From contig LBWK01000002.1 of the NCBI GenBank assembly GCA_000993565.1, positions 4,121 through 68,120 of the forward strand: DNA of 64,000 nucleotides. Reading direction: 5' to 3'. This DNA is from a candidate division WS6 bacterium GW2011_GWF2_39_15. Its GTDB lineage: Bacteria; Patescibacteriota; Dojkabacteria; SC72. This document shows, one piece after another, positions 1 through 9,192 of the stretch. Made by a program: the position numbers and the translations under genes. The first letter of the stretch is position 1, and every line of letters begins with the position of its first letter. The notes beneath the pieces are model-generated. The model did no database searches. It had not been told where the DNA came from and was given only the letters and a program-made list of their open reading frames with translations.

Positions 1-654
1 TTGGCGGGATTCTTCCTCTTTGCTCTTTTTGTTTCGTTATATCTTTTGCTGGTTAGTAAAAAGGAGAGGCGGTTAATTCCGTTATCCATTGCGGTAATAT
101 CTTCTATTTTTATAATCTTTACATTTGCTCGTTTAAGTATCTTTCTTACCGTTCTTATTTGGCTGGTATTTTTTATGTATAAAGCGTGGGAATTGAGAAA
201 AGCTAATTTCTCCATTCTTCCGCTTTTCTTTGAAAGGTCGTTGAATCTGTTTACCTCTGCCGACACCAGTATTCAGGACCGGGTATCTTTGCTGAAAGCC
301 TCTTTTGATATGATTAAGAGGGATCCGTTAGGGATTGGAAGTTCACAGTTTGTGGCAAATCTTAAGGATTATAGCTTGTATACATCCTCGGGGATTACTC
401 TCTTGCAGCCTGTACATAATATTTTTACCCTGGTTTTGGTTGAACACGGTTTTATTGGAGGTCTTGGGCTAATTGTTCTTTTGGGTGCATTGTTCTTCGG
501 GAAATTATTCTCAACTAAAGGAATATATAGATTTGTGACGATTGGAGCAGGGATTCTTTTTGTAAGCATAGGAATGTTTGACCACTACCTGATAACCTTG
601 CCGCAGGGGTTGGTTTTCACTTCTTTATTTGTGTCTCTCCTACAGAAGGATTAG
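1..654 (+). CDS. O-antigen ligase/polymerase (Wzy_C) family membrane protein, 5'-truncated at window edge
   Basis: Polytopic hydrophobic protein; contains the Wzy_C signature 'HNIFTLVLVEHGFIGG' (H-N-x2-L-x4-E-x-G-x2-G). Confidence 0.6.
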   Translation: MAGFFLFALFVSLYLLLVSKKERRLIPLSIAVISSIFIIFTFARLSIFLTVLIWLVFFMYKAWELRKANFSILPLFFERSLNLFTSADTSIQDRVSLLKASFDMIKRDPLGIGSSQFVANLKDYSLYTSSGITLLQPVHNIFTLVLVEHGFIGGLGLIVLLGALFFGKLFSTKGIYRFVTIGAGILFVSIGMFDHYLITLPQGLVFTSLFVSLLQKD

Positions 655-1637
655 AGGATCTTAGTGAGAAGATATAGCAGATAGATTCCAACGATCACAA
701 TCCCGGAGACTCTGCTTAATGCCTTATTCCCTCCCAAAAGCTTCATCTCTATTAGGATGATTATAAGAATTATGAAATTGTAGATATTTGTGAAGTATAT
801 ATCTGCAATTGCTTCGTTATCCAACTTGAGGCTGTGAAAAACAGCCGGCAGACCGATCCCTATTCCCAGGTTGATAATATTTCCTCCGAATACATTCCCA
901 AGAATGATGTCGATATACCCTTTCTTTGCTGCCTGAATAGAGGCTACAATTGTTGGTAACGAGGTCCCGATACCCACGAGAGTTAGGCCGATTATATACG
1001 GGCTTACTCCCAGTGATGTGGCGAGTATAGGGGCTGAATACGTTAAAGAAAATGCGGCAAGAATGAGAATAATCATTCCTGATAGGATGGAGAGTATAAT
1101 TTTGGCTGTGTTTGTTTGTCCGGGGTTTGGTATATCCATTTCTGCCTTTTTAACATCTGATTTTCTTTCTCTGGATGAATATTGAAAGATGATTAAAGCT
1201 ATCATTGCGTAGGCGATTAGTATTAGAAAACCCTCAGGCTGTGAAATGTCGGCATTTGCTGCAAATGCCGTTACAAGTGCTGTTATTGCTAGATACAGAG
1301 GAATTTCTTTCTCAAATACATTATATTTAGTGATTATATCTGTAAGGAAAGCAGGGATCCCTAATGCAAGGCCTAAGTTTACGTAATTGGTTCCGACCAT
1401 ATTTCCTATAGCGATGTCTATGTTGAAAGGGTCGAAAAATACTATGGCAATGCTAACAGCAATTGTTGGAAGAATTCCTCCAAAGGCGACAATTGTGGAT
1501 CCGATTACTAATGGACTTAGCTTGAACCTTTTGGCAATTCCTATTGCTCCGTTTAAAACAAGGTTGGAAGCAAATATCAGGAAGAAGAGACTTCCAAGTG
1601 TTAACAGCAGGTTTATGATCAGCAGAGAGTTTAACAT
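651..1637 (-). CDS. Na+/Ca2+ exchanger (CaCA/YrbG-like) membrane antiporter
   Basis: About 10 TM helices with two internal alpha-repeat-like motifs (IGTSLPT..., LGNVFGGNIINLGIGIG). Size 328 aa fits CaCA. Confidence 0.65.
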   Translation of the reverse strand: MLNSLLIINLLLTLGSLFFLIFASNLVLNGAIGIAKRFKLSPLVIGSTIVAFGGILPTIAVSIAIVFFDPFNIDIAIGNMVGTNYVNLGLALGIPAFLTDIITKYNVFEKEIPLYLAITALVTAFAANADISQPEGFLILIAYAMIALIIFQYSSRERKSDVKKAEMDIPNPGQTNTAKIILSILSGMIILILAAFSLTYSAPILATSLGVSPYIIGLTLVGIGTSLPTIVASIQAAKKGYIDIILGNVFGGNIINLGIGIGLPAVFHSLKLDNEAIADIYFTNIYNFIILIIILIEMKLLGGNKALSRVSGIVIVGIYLLYLLTKIL

Positions 1638-1666
1638 GATGAGCTATTTTAGCAAAAGCTTTGGCT

Positions 1667-2107
1667 TTAGTTAACAGGTCTCTTTATTTTCTTTATATCT
1701 TTTACTGATAGCCAGGATGCCTGAGTTCCGTATCCCGTTTTATCTATCTGAAACGGGCGAATAGCTTTCGGATCTTTAAGGTGGATTATAATTGCATATC
1801 TTTTCCCTTTTATGTGTTCTTCTATTTCTTGAGAAATTCCTGTAGTCCCCAAGTCTTTTGCACTGAACCTTTTAATGAGGGTTTGTCTCTGCTTCTCGTT
1901 TAAGTCTTCAAACTGTTCAACTTTGGATATGGTAGCCTTGAGCGTAACGGGTTTGCCTGAATCTTTGAAGAAGATCGTTTCTCCTGCCTTAAGAAAGTTC
2001 CAAGGGCGGGCTTTATTTTTGTACCATCTGGTTTCTATAATCTTTTCTCGTGAGAGTATCTTCTGAGTTAAACCCCAGGATTTTCTCATTATTGCAATGT
2101 GCTGCAT
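1667..2107 (-). CDS. ASCH/PUA-like domain protein
   Basis: 146 aa; 'REKIIETRW' resembles the ASCH KxxExR core. Weak call. Confidence 0.35.
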   Translation of the reverse strand: MQHIAIMRKSWGLTQKILSREKIIETRWYKNKARPWNFLKAGETIFFKDSGKPVTLKATISKVEQFEDLNEKQRQTLIKRFSAKDLGTTGISQEIEEHIKGKRYAIIIHLKDPKAIRPFQIDKTGYGTQASWLSVKDIKKIKRPVN

Positions 2108-2108
2108 T

Positions 2109-2411
2109 CTATTTCACAATACTGTTTAACCAGTCCTTGAACTCTCCCCTTACTTTTTCTATCTCTATCATTCCTACGAAGTTTGTATAATCTATGTGGC
2201 TCTTAATAATCTTCTCAATCTCCTCGTACTTCTCCTCTTTTGTTTTAATTATTAATACTACCTCGGGTTCCTCAGTCACCTTACCTTCCCACTTGTAGAT
2301 ACATGTAATGGGGAAAAAGTTTACACAGTTTGCCAGGTCCTTATTCAGGAGTTCATTTCCTATTTCCCTCGCCTCTTCGTTATTGTTAAGGGTTACATAT
2401 ATAATTTTCAT
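2109..2411 (-). CDS. cutA: Divalent-cation tolerance protein CutA
   Basis: 100 aa; 'ANCVNFFPITCIYKWEGKV...EVVLIIKT' matches CutA1 conserved core. Confidence 0.7.
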   Translation of the reverse strand: MKIIYVTLNNNEEAREIGNELLNKDLANCVNFFPITCIYKWEGKVTEEPEVVLIIKTKEEKYEEIEKIIKSHIDYTNFVGMIEIEKVRGEFKDWLNSIVK

Positions 2412-2412
2412 C

Positions 2413-3129
2413 TTAAGGGAATAACAAGTTAGTTACTTCTGTTAAACTGTTTACAGAGACCGTTCCTTCGGGAAGTTCACCTGTTCTATAGACCTTCCAT
2501 CCATCTTCCCTGTTTACCCATATTAACTTTCTGAAACCTACCTCATAAGTTGAAATAATGTCTCCTTTGATATTGTCCCCTATTACATATGTTTTATCTA
2601 TATCTAATCCCATATGCTTAATTGCCTTTAACCAGTCTTTCCCGCTTTTGAACTTATTCGGAGTAACGTCTTCTATGTGTGTGAAGTATTTATCAAGCCC
2701 GGTAACCTTTAGCTTAAAGTTTATCCATCTTCTAAAGGCATGTGATACTAACCCTATCTTAATTCCCTCGCCGTTGCATCTATCCAGTAGTTCAAAACTT
2801 CCCTCCCTTACTCTTGGAACCGTTTTATACACTGTGAAGAATATCTCTGTACATTTGTTCACAATGCTTTGCGGAAGGGAGTACTTCTTCTGAAGAACGC
2901 CTATATTCATTGGCCAGTATCTATGAGGGTTGATCTTGGCGATTTGGTAGTTTGCTACAAAAGCTTCATCTAGAAGTGTTGAAATTGTCTCGTATTTATC
3001 TTTAGAGTAATCCGCCACCAACTGCTTTACCTTTGTTAACTGGCGGGTGAATATCGAATGAGTTTCTATGAGTGTGTCATCAAGGTCAAAAAGGATTGCA
3101 TTAAAGTCTTTATTCATAGTTATCACCAA
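2413..3129 (-). CDS. HAD-superfamily hydrolase
   Basis: Motif I 'ILFDLDDTLIET' (DxDxT) and motif IV 'VIGDNIKGDI'. Confidence 0.7.
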   Translation of the reverse strand: MVITMNKDFNAILFDLDDTLIETHSIFTRQLTKVKQLVADYSKDKYETISTLLDEAFVANYQIAKINPHRYWPMNIGVLQKKYSLPQSIVNKCTEIFFTVYKTVPRVREGSFELLDRCNGEGIKIGLVSHAFRRWINFKLKVTGLDKYFTHIEDVTPNKFKSGKDWLKAIKHMGLDIDKTYVIGDNIKGDIISTYEVGFRKLIWVNREDGWKVYRTGELPEGTVSVNSLTEVTNLLFP

Positions 3130-3629
3130 ATGTATGTATCAAGTAGGTCAAGGGGATAACGGGTTCCTTTATTGTACCTTTCAAATTCAATAAGTAGTTG
3201 CTTGCTTTGCAGTTGTACATTCCCTTTGAGTATTTCAGATAATGGAACCCAGACTGCATCCTTGATCTCAGGGTCGGTATGGGTTTTCCTTCTACCCGGT
3301 TTAATATCCCCTGTGAAAATAACTCTTAGAAATTCTTCATCTTCAGGACCGGGCTCTCTTTGGAATAATCCTAAAATCCCGTTTAGCTCTATTCTATAGC
3401 CTGTTTCTTCAAGAGCCTCTCTTATCACAGTTTCTTTAATCTTTTCGCTCCATAATACCTTCCCCCCGGGAATCCCTGCGCCGGGATACTTGCTTTTGTG
3501 AGTCCTGCAGAGCAAAACATTGCCCTCTTTTTCTAATATTACACCTGAAAAAACTAAAAACCTTGAAGTCATCCTTCCGCGTGGAATCTCAGTAAGCTTT
3601 TTATACTGCTGTGCAGTTATATATCGCAT
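3123..3629 (-). CDS. NUDIX hydrolase
   Basis: Nudix box 'GGKVLWSEKIKETVIREALEETGY' (GX5EX7REUXEEXGU). Confidence 0.8.
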   Translation of the reverse strand: MRYITAQQYKKLTEIPRGRMTSRFLVFSGVILEKEGNVLLCRTHKSKYPGAGIPGGKVLWSEKIKETVIREALEETGYRIELNGILGLFQREPGPEDEEFLRVIFTGDIKPGRRKTHTDPEIKDAVWVPLSEILKGNVQLQSKQLLIEFERYNKGTRYPLDLLDTYIW

Positions 3630-3635
3630 TAGAAA

Positions 3636-4037
3636 TTATAGCACAGAGCCCTGCTCGGGCTGAATGGACTTCTTTTGAAGGATATACCCGATACCCATTG
3701 TTATAGCTGGAATTACCAGGTATGTAAGACCGATGTCCTTAAAGTACTCCCCTACTGACATAGCCCATGGTCCTTTCATGAAGATGAGACAGTCAATTCC
3801 GATATTAACAAGGAAGAAAACGAGACCGAGAAAAATTCCTTCTTTGAGGAATCTTCCCCCTACTCCCTTGAAATATACAATTGAAAGAATCATTGTCGTT
3901 AATACTACAGTGACTGGCATTATAGATTCAAAAAATGGTCGATCACTTTCCCTAAGAGGAAATATCATAAATGCGACTACAAAAGGAACCAGCCAGAGAA
4001 TCAGAGAAAGAAGGAATGCTTGTTTTATAGATTTCAT
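3636..4037 (-). CDS. Small integral membrane protein, unknown function
   Basis: Four predicted TM helices; no recognisable motif. Confidence 0.4.
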   Translation of the reverse strand: MKSIKQAFLLSLILWLVPFVVAFMIFPLRESDRPFFESIMPVTVVLTTMILSIVYFKGVGGRFLKEGIFLGLVFFLVNIGIDCLIFMKGPWAMSVGEYFKDIGLTYLVIPAITMGIGYILQKKSIQPEQGSVL

Positions 4038-4211
4038 AGAATGATATTAGTTTATGGGATGATTAAAATCAATATGATTATGACCAAAGAGTCTCAGATT
4101 GGATTTTTTGATTGTTGAACTCTCCAACGATTTTAGGGCTCCAATATTCATTAAAGAGTGAAAGTTTTTGTGCAATATTTACTCCTGACATAGTTGTAAT
4201 GATTAAATATA

Positions 4212-4301
4212 TGGCGGAGAGGACAGGATTCGAACCTGCGGTACATTTTCATGTACGAACGCTTTCCAAGCGTTTCCTTTCGACCACTCAGGCACCTCTC
4301 C
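4212..4301 (-). tRNA. tRNA-Ser (anticodon GGA), 90 nt with long variable arm
   Basis: Reverse complement reads GGAGAGGTGCCTGAGTGGTCGAAAGGAAACGCTTGGAAAGCGTTCGTACATGAAAATGTACCGCAGGTTCGAATCCTGTCCTCTCCGCCA. Anticodon loop TTGGAAA; long extra arm; T-arm GGTTCGAATCC; encoded CCA. Confidence 0.85.
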
Positions 4302-4352
4302 ATAAAATACCCTGTATTATACACTTACACTTATGAAATATGATAGAGATCT

Positions 4353-6377
4353 CTAGTTGAATATCTCTTTAACCGTTATTAATATTCTTCCCTGTCTTTC
4401 CGGGAAGTATCTTAAAAATTCAGGGAAGTATTTAGGAGAAAACTCAACCTCTGTAGCTTTATCAGTATACTTCTTTGCTTTTAGTATCTTGCTCCCGTCC
4501 TTCCAGTTCTTACCCTTTATCTCTTTTATTATCTCATTTTTGTCTATTTTAGGCTTTACTTCTCCTTTTGCGACTACTTTAATCTTGATGCTGTTGCCTT
4601 TTACTTCTTCAACAGTGATCTCTTTCTGAATATTTTCATCCAATTCAAGATTAATATCCCCTTCCGTTTCAAAAAGATTTTGGTCTTGCGCCGATTTAGT
4701 TAATACTTCGTCCATTTTCGCTTCAATCTCTCCTTTTTTGAAATACATTGCGTTTCCTTTCATCTCAATTGTAACATTGACTACCTCAGCTTCGGCTCCG
4801 ACCGGAATATCCGATTTAGGGTTTCCATCAATGGCTGTTTTTAGTGTTGATGTGATTATTTCCCACCCGTTTTCCGTCCTACCGGCCAGTTCATCTTTTA
4901 ACTCCTTCTCTGTGCCTGTCTTAAGGCTTTTGACAATTTTATCCATGTCTGATTGAGAAAATACAGTATATTCTTCCTTCGATCCTCCAGTAAAGGCTCC
5001 GGTATTTTCCGCACTAAGCTCAGTGCTTGGATTATATCCTGTTACTGTGAACGCATTCCCTCCTGCCAGGTTATACTCTTCCCCTACCAGTGCCGCTCTA
5101 ACTGCGACATTCTCCTTGATGAAGAGTCCGCCCTCTCCTATTGTTACATCATTGGAAATTTCGTATTTAAGACCTCCTGATGATGTGAGTATTGTTCCGG
5201 CACTTAGTGTTACTGTAGGTTTTTCAGGAGATACACCCCAGTATTTTAGAGTGACAACCCCTTCCGCTTTATTTCCCCTGAATGCTTTACCTGTTGGAGT
5301 TGCCGTCCCTGCAGCCGTTTTACTCGCTTCCTCTTTCTTTACAGGAACAATACTATTTTCGTAATTAAACTCATTGGCTTTAATGTCACCATTAAAAATC
5401 TTTTCAACTGAAACGGGCTTACTCTCTATATATATCTTGGCTTTTACAAGTGGTGTCAGTTCGTAAATGAGCCATAAAGTTATAACAAGAGCTGCAAAGA
5501 GAGGTGCGAGAACCCTTATCAAGATCTTTTTTGAAGTGGAACTTGCAAGACCTGTGCTTAGTTTCTTAAAGAATCCTAAAATTGGTGACCCGTTTTGTGG
5601 CAGTCCTTTGACTTTTACTGGTGTAATTTTTTGGGCGGGGGTAATCTCAGCAGGCTCTTCATCTGTTGGCAAGGTGGTCATAAAAGCAATATCCCTTCCT
5701 ATTAGTGAAGGGTTTCCGGTTTTAATTGGTTTCTTTACAGGCTGGGTTAATGGCCTTGCTTCTTGAATATCCTCATCAAGGACTAATTCGAAGCCATCTT
5801 GCTGAATAACTTTTCCGGCTTTATTGTCCATGGAGTTTCGAGACCTCTCTATCGTTTCCTCGATTTTCTTTTGAAAGTCTGACTTCTCCTTTTCTACAAA
5901 TACTTCATTGCTGGGCGGTTTTATGGATCTCTCCTCTTTATTTTCAATTACCTCTTCGATTGGTTTATATCTGATATTTGAGCTATGAAGTTTTTCATCT
6001 CTTCTCTTTGTTCTTCTATTAAGACCCTTCTCTGATTCGTTCCAGTACTCGTCTAATATTGTTCCGGTTGCTTCAGTAACAGTCATTCCCGCCTCTTTGG
6101 CATTGCGTACTCCTACAGGGTTTTGTATAACTTGTGCTATTAAAGCCTTTCCTTTCTCGTCTGCACTGTCTAAAAGGACTTTCAGGTTTATAGGGCTGAT
6201 TAATATGTCGGTGGGGTCAGTAAAAGTGAGGATTATTTTGTCGGCATCTGATGAGTTAATCTTATTTATTATATCAATCAAATCATCATCTCTGCTTACA
6301 ACAAACTTCTCAATCTCTGATTTTATTTCTCTTACGTTTTCTCTATTCATTTTTCGTATTAAACTTCTTACTGTCAC
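4353..6377 (-). CDS. Large bitopic membrane protein: ~300-aa cytoplasmic N-domain, single TM, ~330-aa Gly/Thr-rich extracytoplasmic domain; unknown function
   Basis: The ORF-table start at 6377 is GTG; an ATG at 6350 lies 2 nt past the stop of the upstream actin-like gene. TM helix 'ILIRVLAPLFAALVITLWLIY'. C-terminal beta-rich repeats (GGLKYEISNDVTIGEGG..., AGGNAFTVTGYN...). Confidence 0.5.
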   Translation of the reverse strand: MTVRSLIRKMNRENVREIKSEIEKFVVSRDDDLIDIINKINSSDADKIILTFTDPTDILISPINLKVLLDSADEKGKALIAQVIQNPVGVRNAKEAGMTVTEATGTILDEYWNESEKGLNRRTKRRDEKLHSSNIRYKPIEEVIENKEERSIKPPSNEVFVEKEKSDFQKKIEETIERSRNSMDNKAGKVIQQDGFELVLDEDIQEARPLTQPVKKPIKTGNPSLIGRDIAFMTTLPTDEEPAEITPAQKITPVKVKGLPQNGSPILGFFKKLSTGLASSTSKKILIRVLAPLFAALVITLWLIYELTPLVKAKIYIESKPVSVEKIFNGDIKANEFNYENSIVPVKKEEASKTAAGTATPTGKAFRGNKAEGVVTLKYWGVSPEKPTVTLSAGTILTSSGGLKYEISNDVTIGEGGLFIKENVAVRAALVGEEYNLAGGNAFTVTGYNPSTELSAENTGAFTGGSKEEYTVFSQSDMDKIVKSLKTGTEKELKDELAGRTENGWEIITSTLKTAIDGNPKSDIPVGAEAEVVNVTIEMKGNAMYFKKGEIEAKMDEVLTKSAQDQNLFETEGDINLELDENIQKEITVEEVKGNSIKIKVVAKGEVKPKIDKNEIIKEIKGKNWKDGSKILKAKKYTDKATEVEFSPKYFPEFLRYFPERQGRILITVKEIFN

Positions 6378-7596
6378 TTATTTTATCAAGGGCAAAGAGA
6401 GTTAGCGATGCCGGAGTTATGTCATAGGTATATTTTAGCTCTTTGCTTTCGTCGGTGATTCTTGAAAGTCTGTTAGGGTATATAATTTCTATTCTAGGAA
6501 CTGAGGCAAAAGGTAGTAATTTAGTCCATGGGAATTCCATCATCACTTCTTTGATTTCAGGGAGGAGTGATCCTCCTCCGCAAAGATAGATCCTGCTCGG
6601 GAATGAGTCTCGTTCCTCAGCCGCTTCCAAAGCGGACTTAAGCGTTTTCATCCATACTTGTGCAGTTGGGTATGTAACTTTTTTCACCTGGCGTTCCAGT
6701 TTGCTATCCAATGTCTTTTCTGCGTATTTGATTTTTCGCAGTTCTGCATGTCTATAGTCTAGATTCAGTTCTTTAGCTATCTGTTTTGTAAATACACGTC
6801 CTCCAAATGCGAACATTTGAGTATCTACAACGCTTCCTCTTTGGACTACCGCAACATCAGTTGTGCCTCCTCCTATGTCTACAAATATCCCGGAAAACTC
6901 CTTGGCTCTTGCTCCCTGAAATGCTCTTGCGACGGCAAATGGTTGTGAGACAATTCCTAAAAGGTTTATCGAGAGGGACTTTGATACATTCTGTAGAGCC
7001 GAAGTATATGTTTTTGGAGCGAATGAAGCATAGAAATATAGTTTAACATCTTTGCCTCGGAATCCGACGAGTGAATCGACACTCATCCCCCCTATTTCCA
7101 TCCCGGTTATTGTTACATGAAGAATATCTATATCATCGTTTACCAGTCCCGTTCTCTTGGCTAGGTCCTCTTTCCCTGATTCGAGTATTTTATTGTGGAT
7201 TCTTGATATGATCTCAGCCTGCTCTTTTGGAGTGACCTCTTGTTCATGCTTCTGCTCTCTCTCGTAGTTCACAATTATTGAAACGCCTTGTATATACTCA
7301 CCCGCAATTCCCATCACGACATGTTTCGGGTGTCTATCAACGTCTATTCCATCCATGATCTCTCTCATTGCCAGTCGGCAGTTTTCCAGAACCGTATTTA
7401 GGTTCGTAATAATCCCTTTGTCCATAGCATTTTGCTGCTGCTGTATACGAGATACTTTTTCAACAATAATTTCCCCCTCTTTTATGGTAAAGAGGATGGC
7501 TTTTAGAACCTCAGTCCCGATATCAAGGGCAACTATTCTTTCGCCCGGTTGAATTTTTTGTTGTGATTTTTTGAACAGATTAGGCAGTGTAATCAT
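6343..7596 (-). CDS. Actin-like ATPase of the FtsA/PilM family
   Basis: 'IVALDIGTEVLKA' phosphate-1, 'FVDIGGGTTDVAV' phosphate-2, 'YLCGGGSLLP' adenosine motif. N-terminal 'LFKKSQQ' resembles PilM; length 417 aa fits FtsA. Confidence 0.65.
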   Translation of the reverse strand: MITLPNLFKKSQQKIQPGERIVALDIGTEVLKAILFTIKEGEIIVEKVSRIQQQQNAMDKGIITNLNTVLENCRLAMREIMDGIDVDRHPKHVVMGIAGEYIQGVSIIVNYEREQKHEQEVTPKEQAEIISRIHNKILESGKEDLAKRTGLVNDDIDILHVTITGMEIGGMSVDSLVGFRGKDVKLYFYASFAPKTYTSALQNVSKSLSINLLGIVSQPFAVARAFQGARAKEFSGIFVDIGGGTTDVAVVQRGSVVDTQMFAFGGRVFTKQIAKELNLDYRHAELRKIKYAEKTLDSKLERQVKKVTYPTAQVWMKTLKSALEAAEERDSFPSRIYLCGGGSLLPEIKEVMMEFPWTKLLPFASVPRIEIIYPNRLSRITDESKELKYTYDITPASLTLFALDKISDSKKFNTKNE

Positions 7597-7610
7597 ATGT
7601 AATTAGTATA

Positions 7611-9188
7611 TCATTTTTTTATTGAGACTTTCTCTGTAGCGTAGTGGTTCTTCTTAATGGTTTTACCAATCATCATCTCTGTCTGTGCCTGGACAAAAGG
7701 TATAAAGGCAAAGGTTAACATGTTTACTGTTACTAAAAGGGTTTCAACCATATCCAGGAACTTTCTGAAGAGACCCCACTCTTTAGGAAGGGGGGAAAGT
7801 TTGAGTCTGATTATATATATGGGGATGTTAAAAAACATAACCGAGGTTAGTATCAGGCTCATTATTTTGGGTAGATTGTAGGAGGCTGAACTGTATTGGA
7901 ACTCCGGGCTTACTAATGTGAGAATCGGAAGACCAAGCGTGAGGAGGTAGACGACAGTTCGGAAAATGAGCCTATCGTCAAACATAGCCATTGTTATTTT
8001 GATCCTTTTTGATAGAGGGATATTCTTATTCTTATACATTCCGGCAAAAGTCATTGGGAAAACTATTCCTCCCCATCCCCATCTGAGCTGTTGTTTGTAT
8101 AGAGACTTATGAGTTTTAACATAGGTATCATTTTCAACTGCGTCATTGTATGTTGGGATGTATACCTCTTCACCTGCAAAATCTCCGTTGAAACGAATGA
8201 GAGCATTGTAGTAGAAAGCGGTGTCGTCGTTTGGAATTTGTGGATCCCAGTACCCTACATCTTCAACGGTTTGGAGATTTGCGACATATGAGGACCAGGT
8301 CTCATTTATCTTTTTATGGAATACCCACTGGTTTAGTACTGCTAATGTTAAGAAGTTGGAAAAGGTTCGGATCAAGGTCGGGACACGGTATAGATTATTA
8401 TTAAAGGTATGAATACCTGTTGCGTAGAACTTTCTTAAGGGATTAATATCCGTTAAATATTTGTAGGTAATAGCGGATAAATATTTAGGATGAGGTCGTA
8501 AATCATTATCGCAGGTAATAAGAAGGTACTCATCAAGCCGTTCCTCTCTTTTTCTCACTCTTAAGCTGAAGTGTCTGCCTGCCCAGTTTATATTAGGGTT
8601 TTTAACTCCTGCTACTTCACCCTCAATATCAGCAGGGTGATAATATTTCACAACCTCCCTGAAATACTTTCCGTACTTTTCTTCAAGAATTGCTATGGTT
8701 TCAGAACTTTCCTCTTTGTATTTGCCTTCCAGCGCGAATACAAGAGATAGTTTCTGAGCCCCTACATCCTGCTTGCTCCACGCTTTTATTGAAGGCTCAA
8801 GCACTTCCAAGCCCTCTTTTACCACAGGACAGATAAAGACATATTTTACCTCTTTATACGGAAGTTGTTCCTTTTTCATTCTTTCTATCCAGTCTATCTT
8901 CATCTCCCTTCCCATTCTCATGTATCCGAGTGTAATTGCGACTACAAACTTAAGACCGCGAAGGGCCCAATATACGGTAAGGAAGGCTATATATATGACG
9001 AGGATTTCCGGGTATCCGGTTAACCCCACAACAAAAGGAAGAAGCAGGAAAAACCAAGTCACTAAACCGGGAATAGCTTCGAATATTTTGGTATACCATC
9101 TGGGAACATTTAACGGGTATCCATTAAATCGGTCTTTGAGTTTAACGTCTTCAGGATTTAATGTCTCTTGCGGAGTCCCTACGTCCAT
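7611..9188 (-). CDS. Processive family-2 glycosyltransferase (cellulose/chitin/hyaluronan-synthase-like) with N- and C-terminal TM segments
   Basis: 'ITCDNDL' (DxD), 'IPNDDTAFYY' (third Asp) and 'YKQQLRWGWGG' (QxxRW) in the order expected for processive GT2 synthases. TM helices flank the catalytic domain. Confidence 0.65.
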   Translation of the reverse strand: MDVGTPQETLNPEDVKLKDRFNGYPLNVPRWYTKIFEAIPGLVTWFFLLLPFVVGLTGYPEILVIYIAFLTVYWALRGLKFVVAITLGYMRMGREMKIDWIERMKKEQLPYKEVKYVFICPVVKEGLEVLEPSIKAWSKQDVGAQKLSLVFALEGKYKEESSETIAILEEKYGKYFREVVKYYHPADIEGEVAGVKNPNINWAGRHFSLRVRKREERLDEYLLITCDNDLRPHPKYLSAITYKYLTDINPLRKFYATGIHTFNNNLYRVPTLIRTFSNFLTLAVLNQWVFHKKINETWSSYVANLQTVEDVGYWDPQIPNDDTAFYYNALIRFNGDFAGEEVYIPTYNDAVENDTYVKTHKSLYKQQLRWGWGGIVFPMTFAGMYKNKNIPLSKRIKITMAMFDDRLIFRTVVYLLTLGLPILTLVSPEFQYSSASYNLPKIMSLILTSVMFFNIPIYIIRLKLSPLPKEWGLFRKFLDMVETLLVTVNMLTFAFIPFVQAQTEMMIGKTIKKNHYATEKVSIKK

Positions 9189-9192
9189 TTCT

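Noticed and set aside
4112-4336. 74-aa plus-strand ORF
   Set aside because: It completely overlaps the well-formed tRNA-Ser gene on the opposite strand; this is a frame artefact.
6343-7596. Definitive FtsA call for the actin-like ATPase
   Set aside because: No ftsZ or other dcw genes are adjacent and the N-terminus (LFKK…) resembles PilM as much as FtsA. The feature is kept as FtsA/PilM family only.
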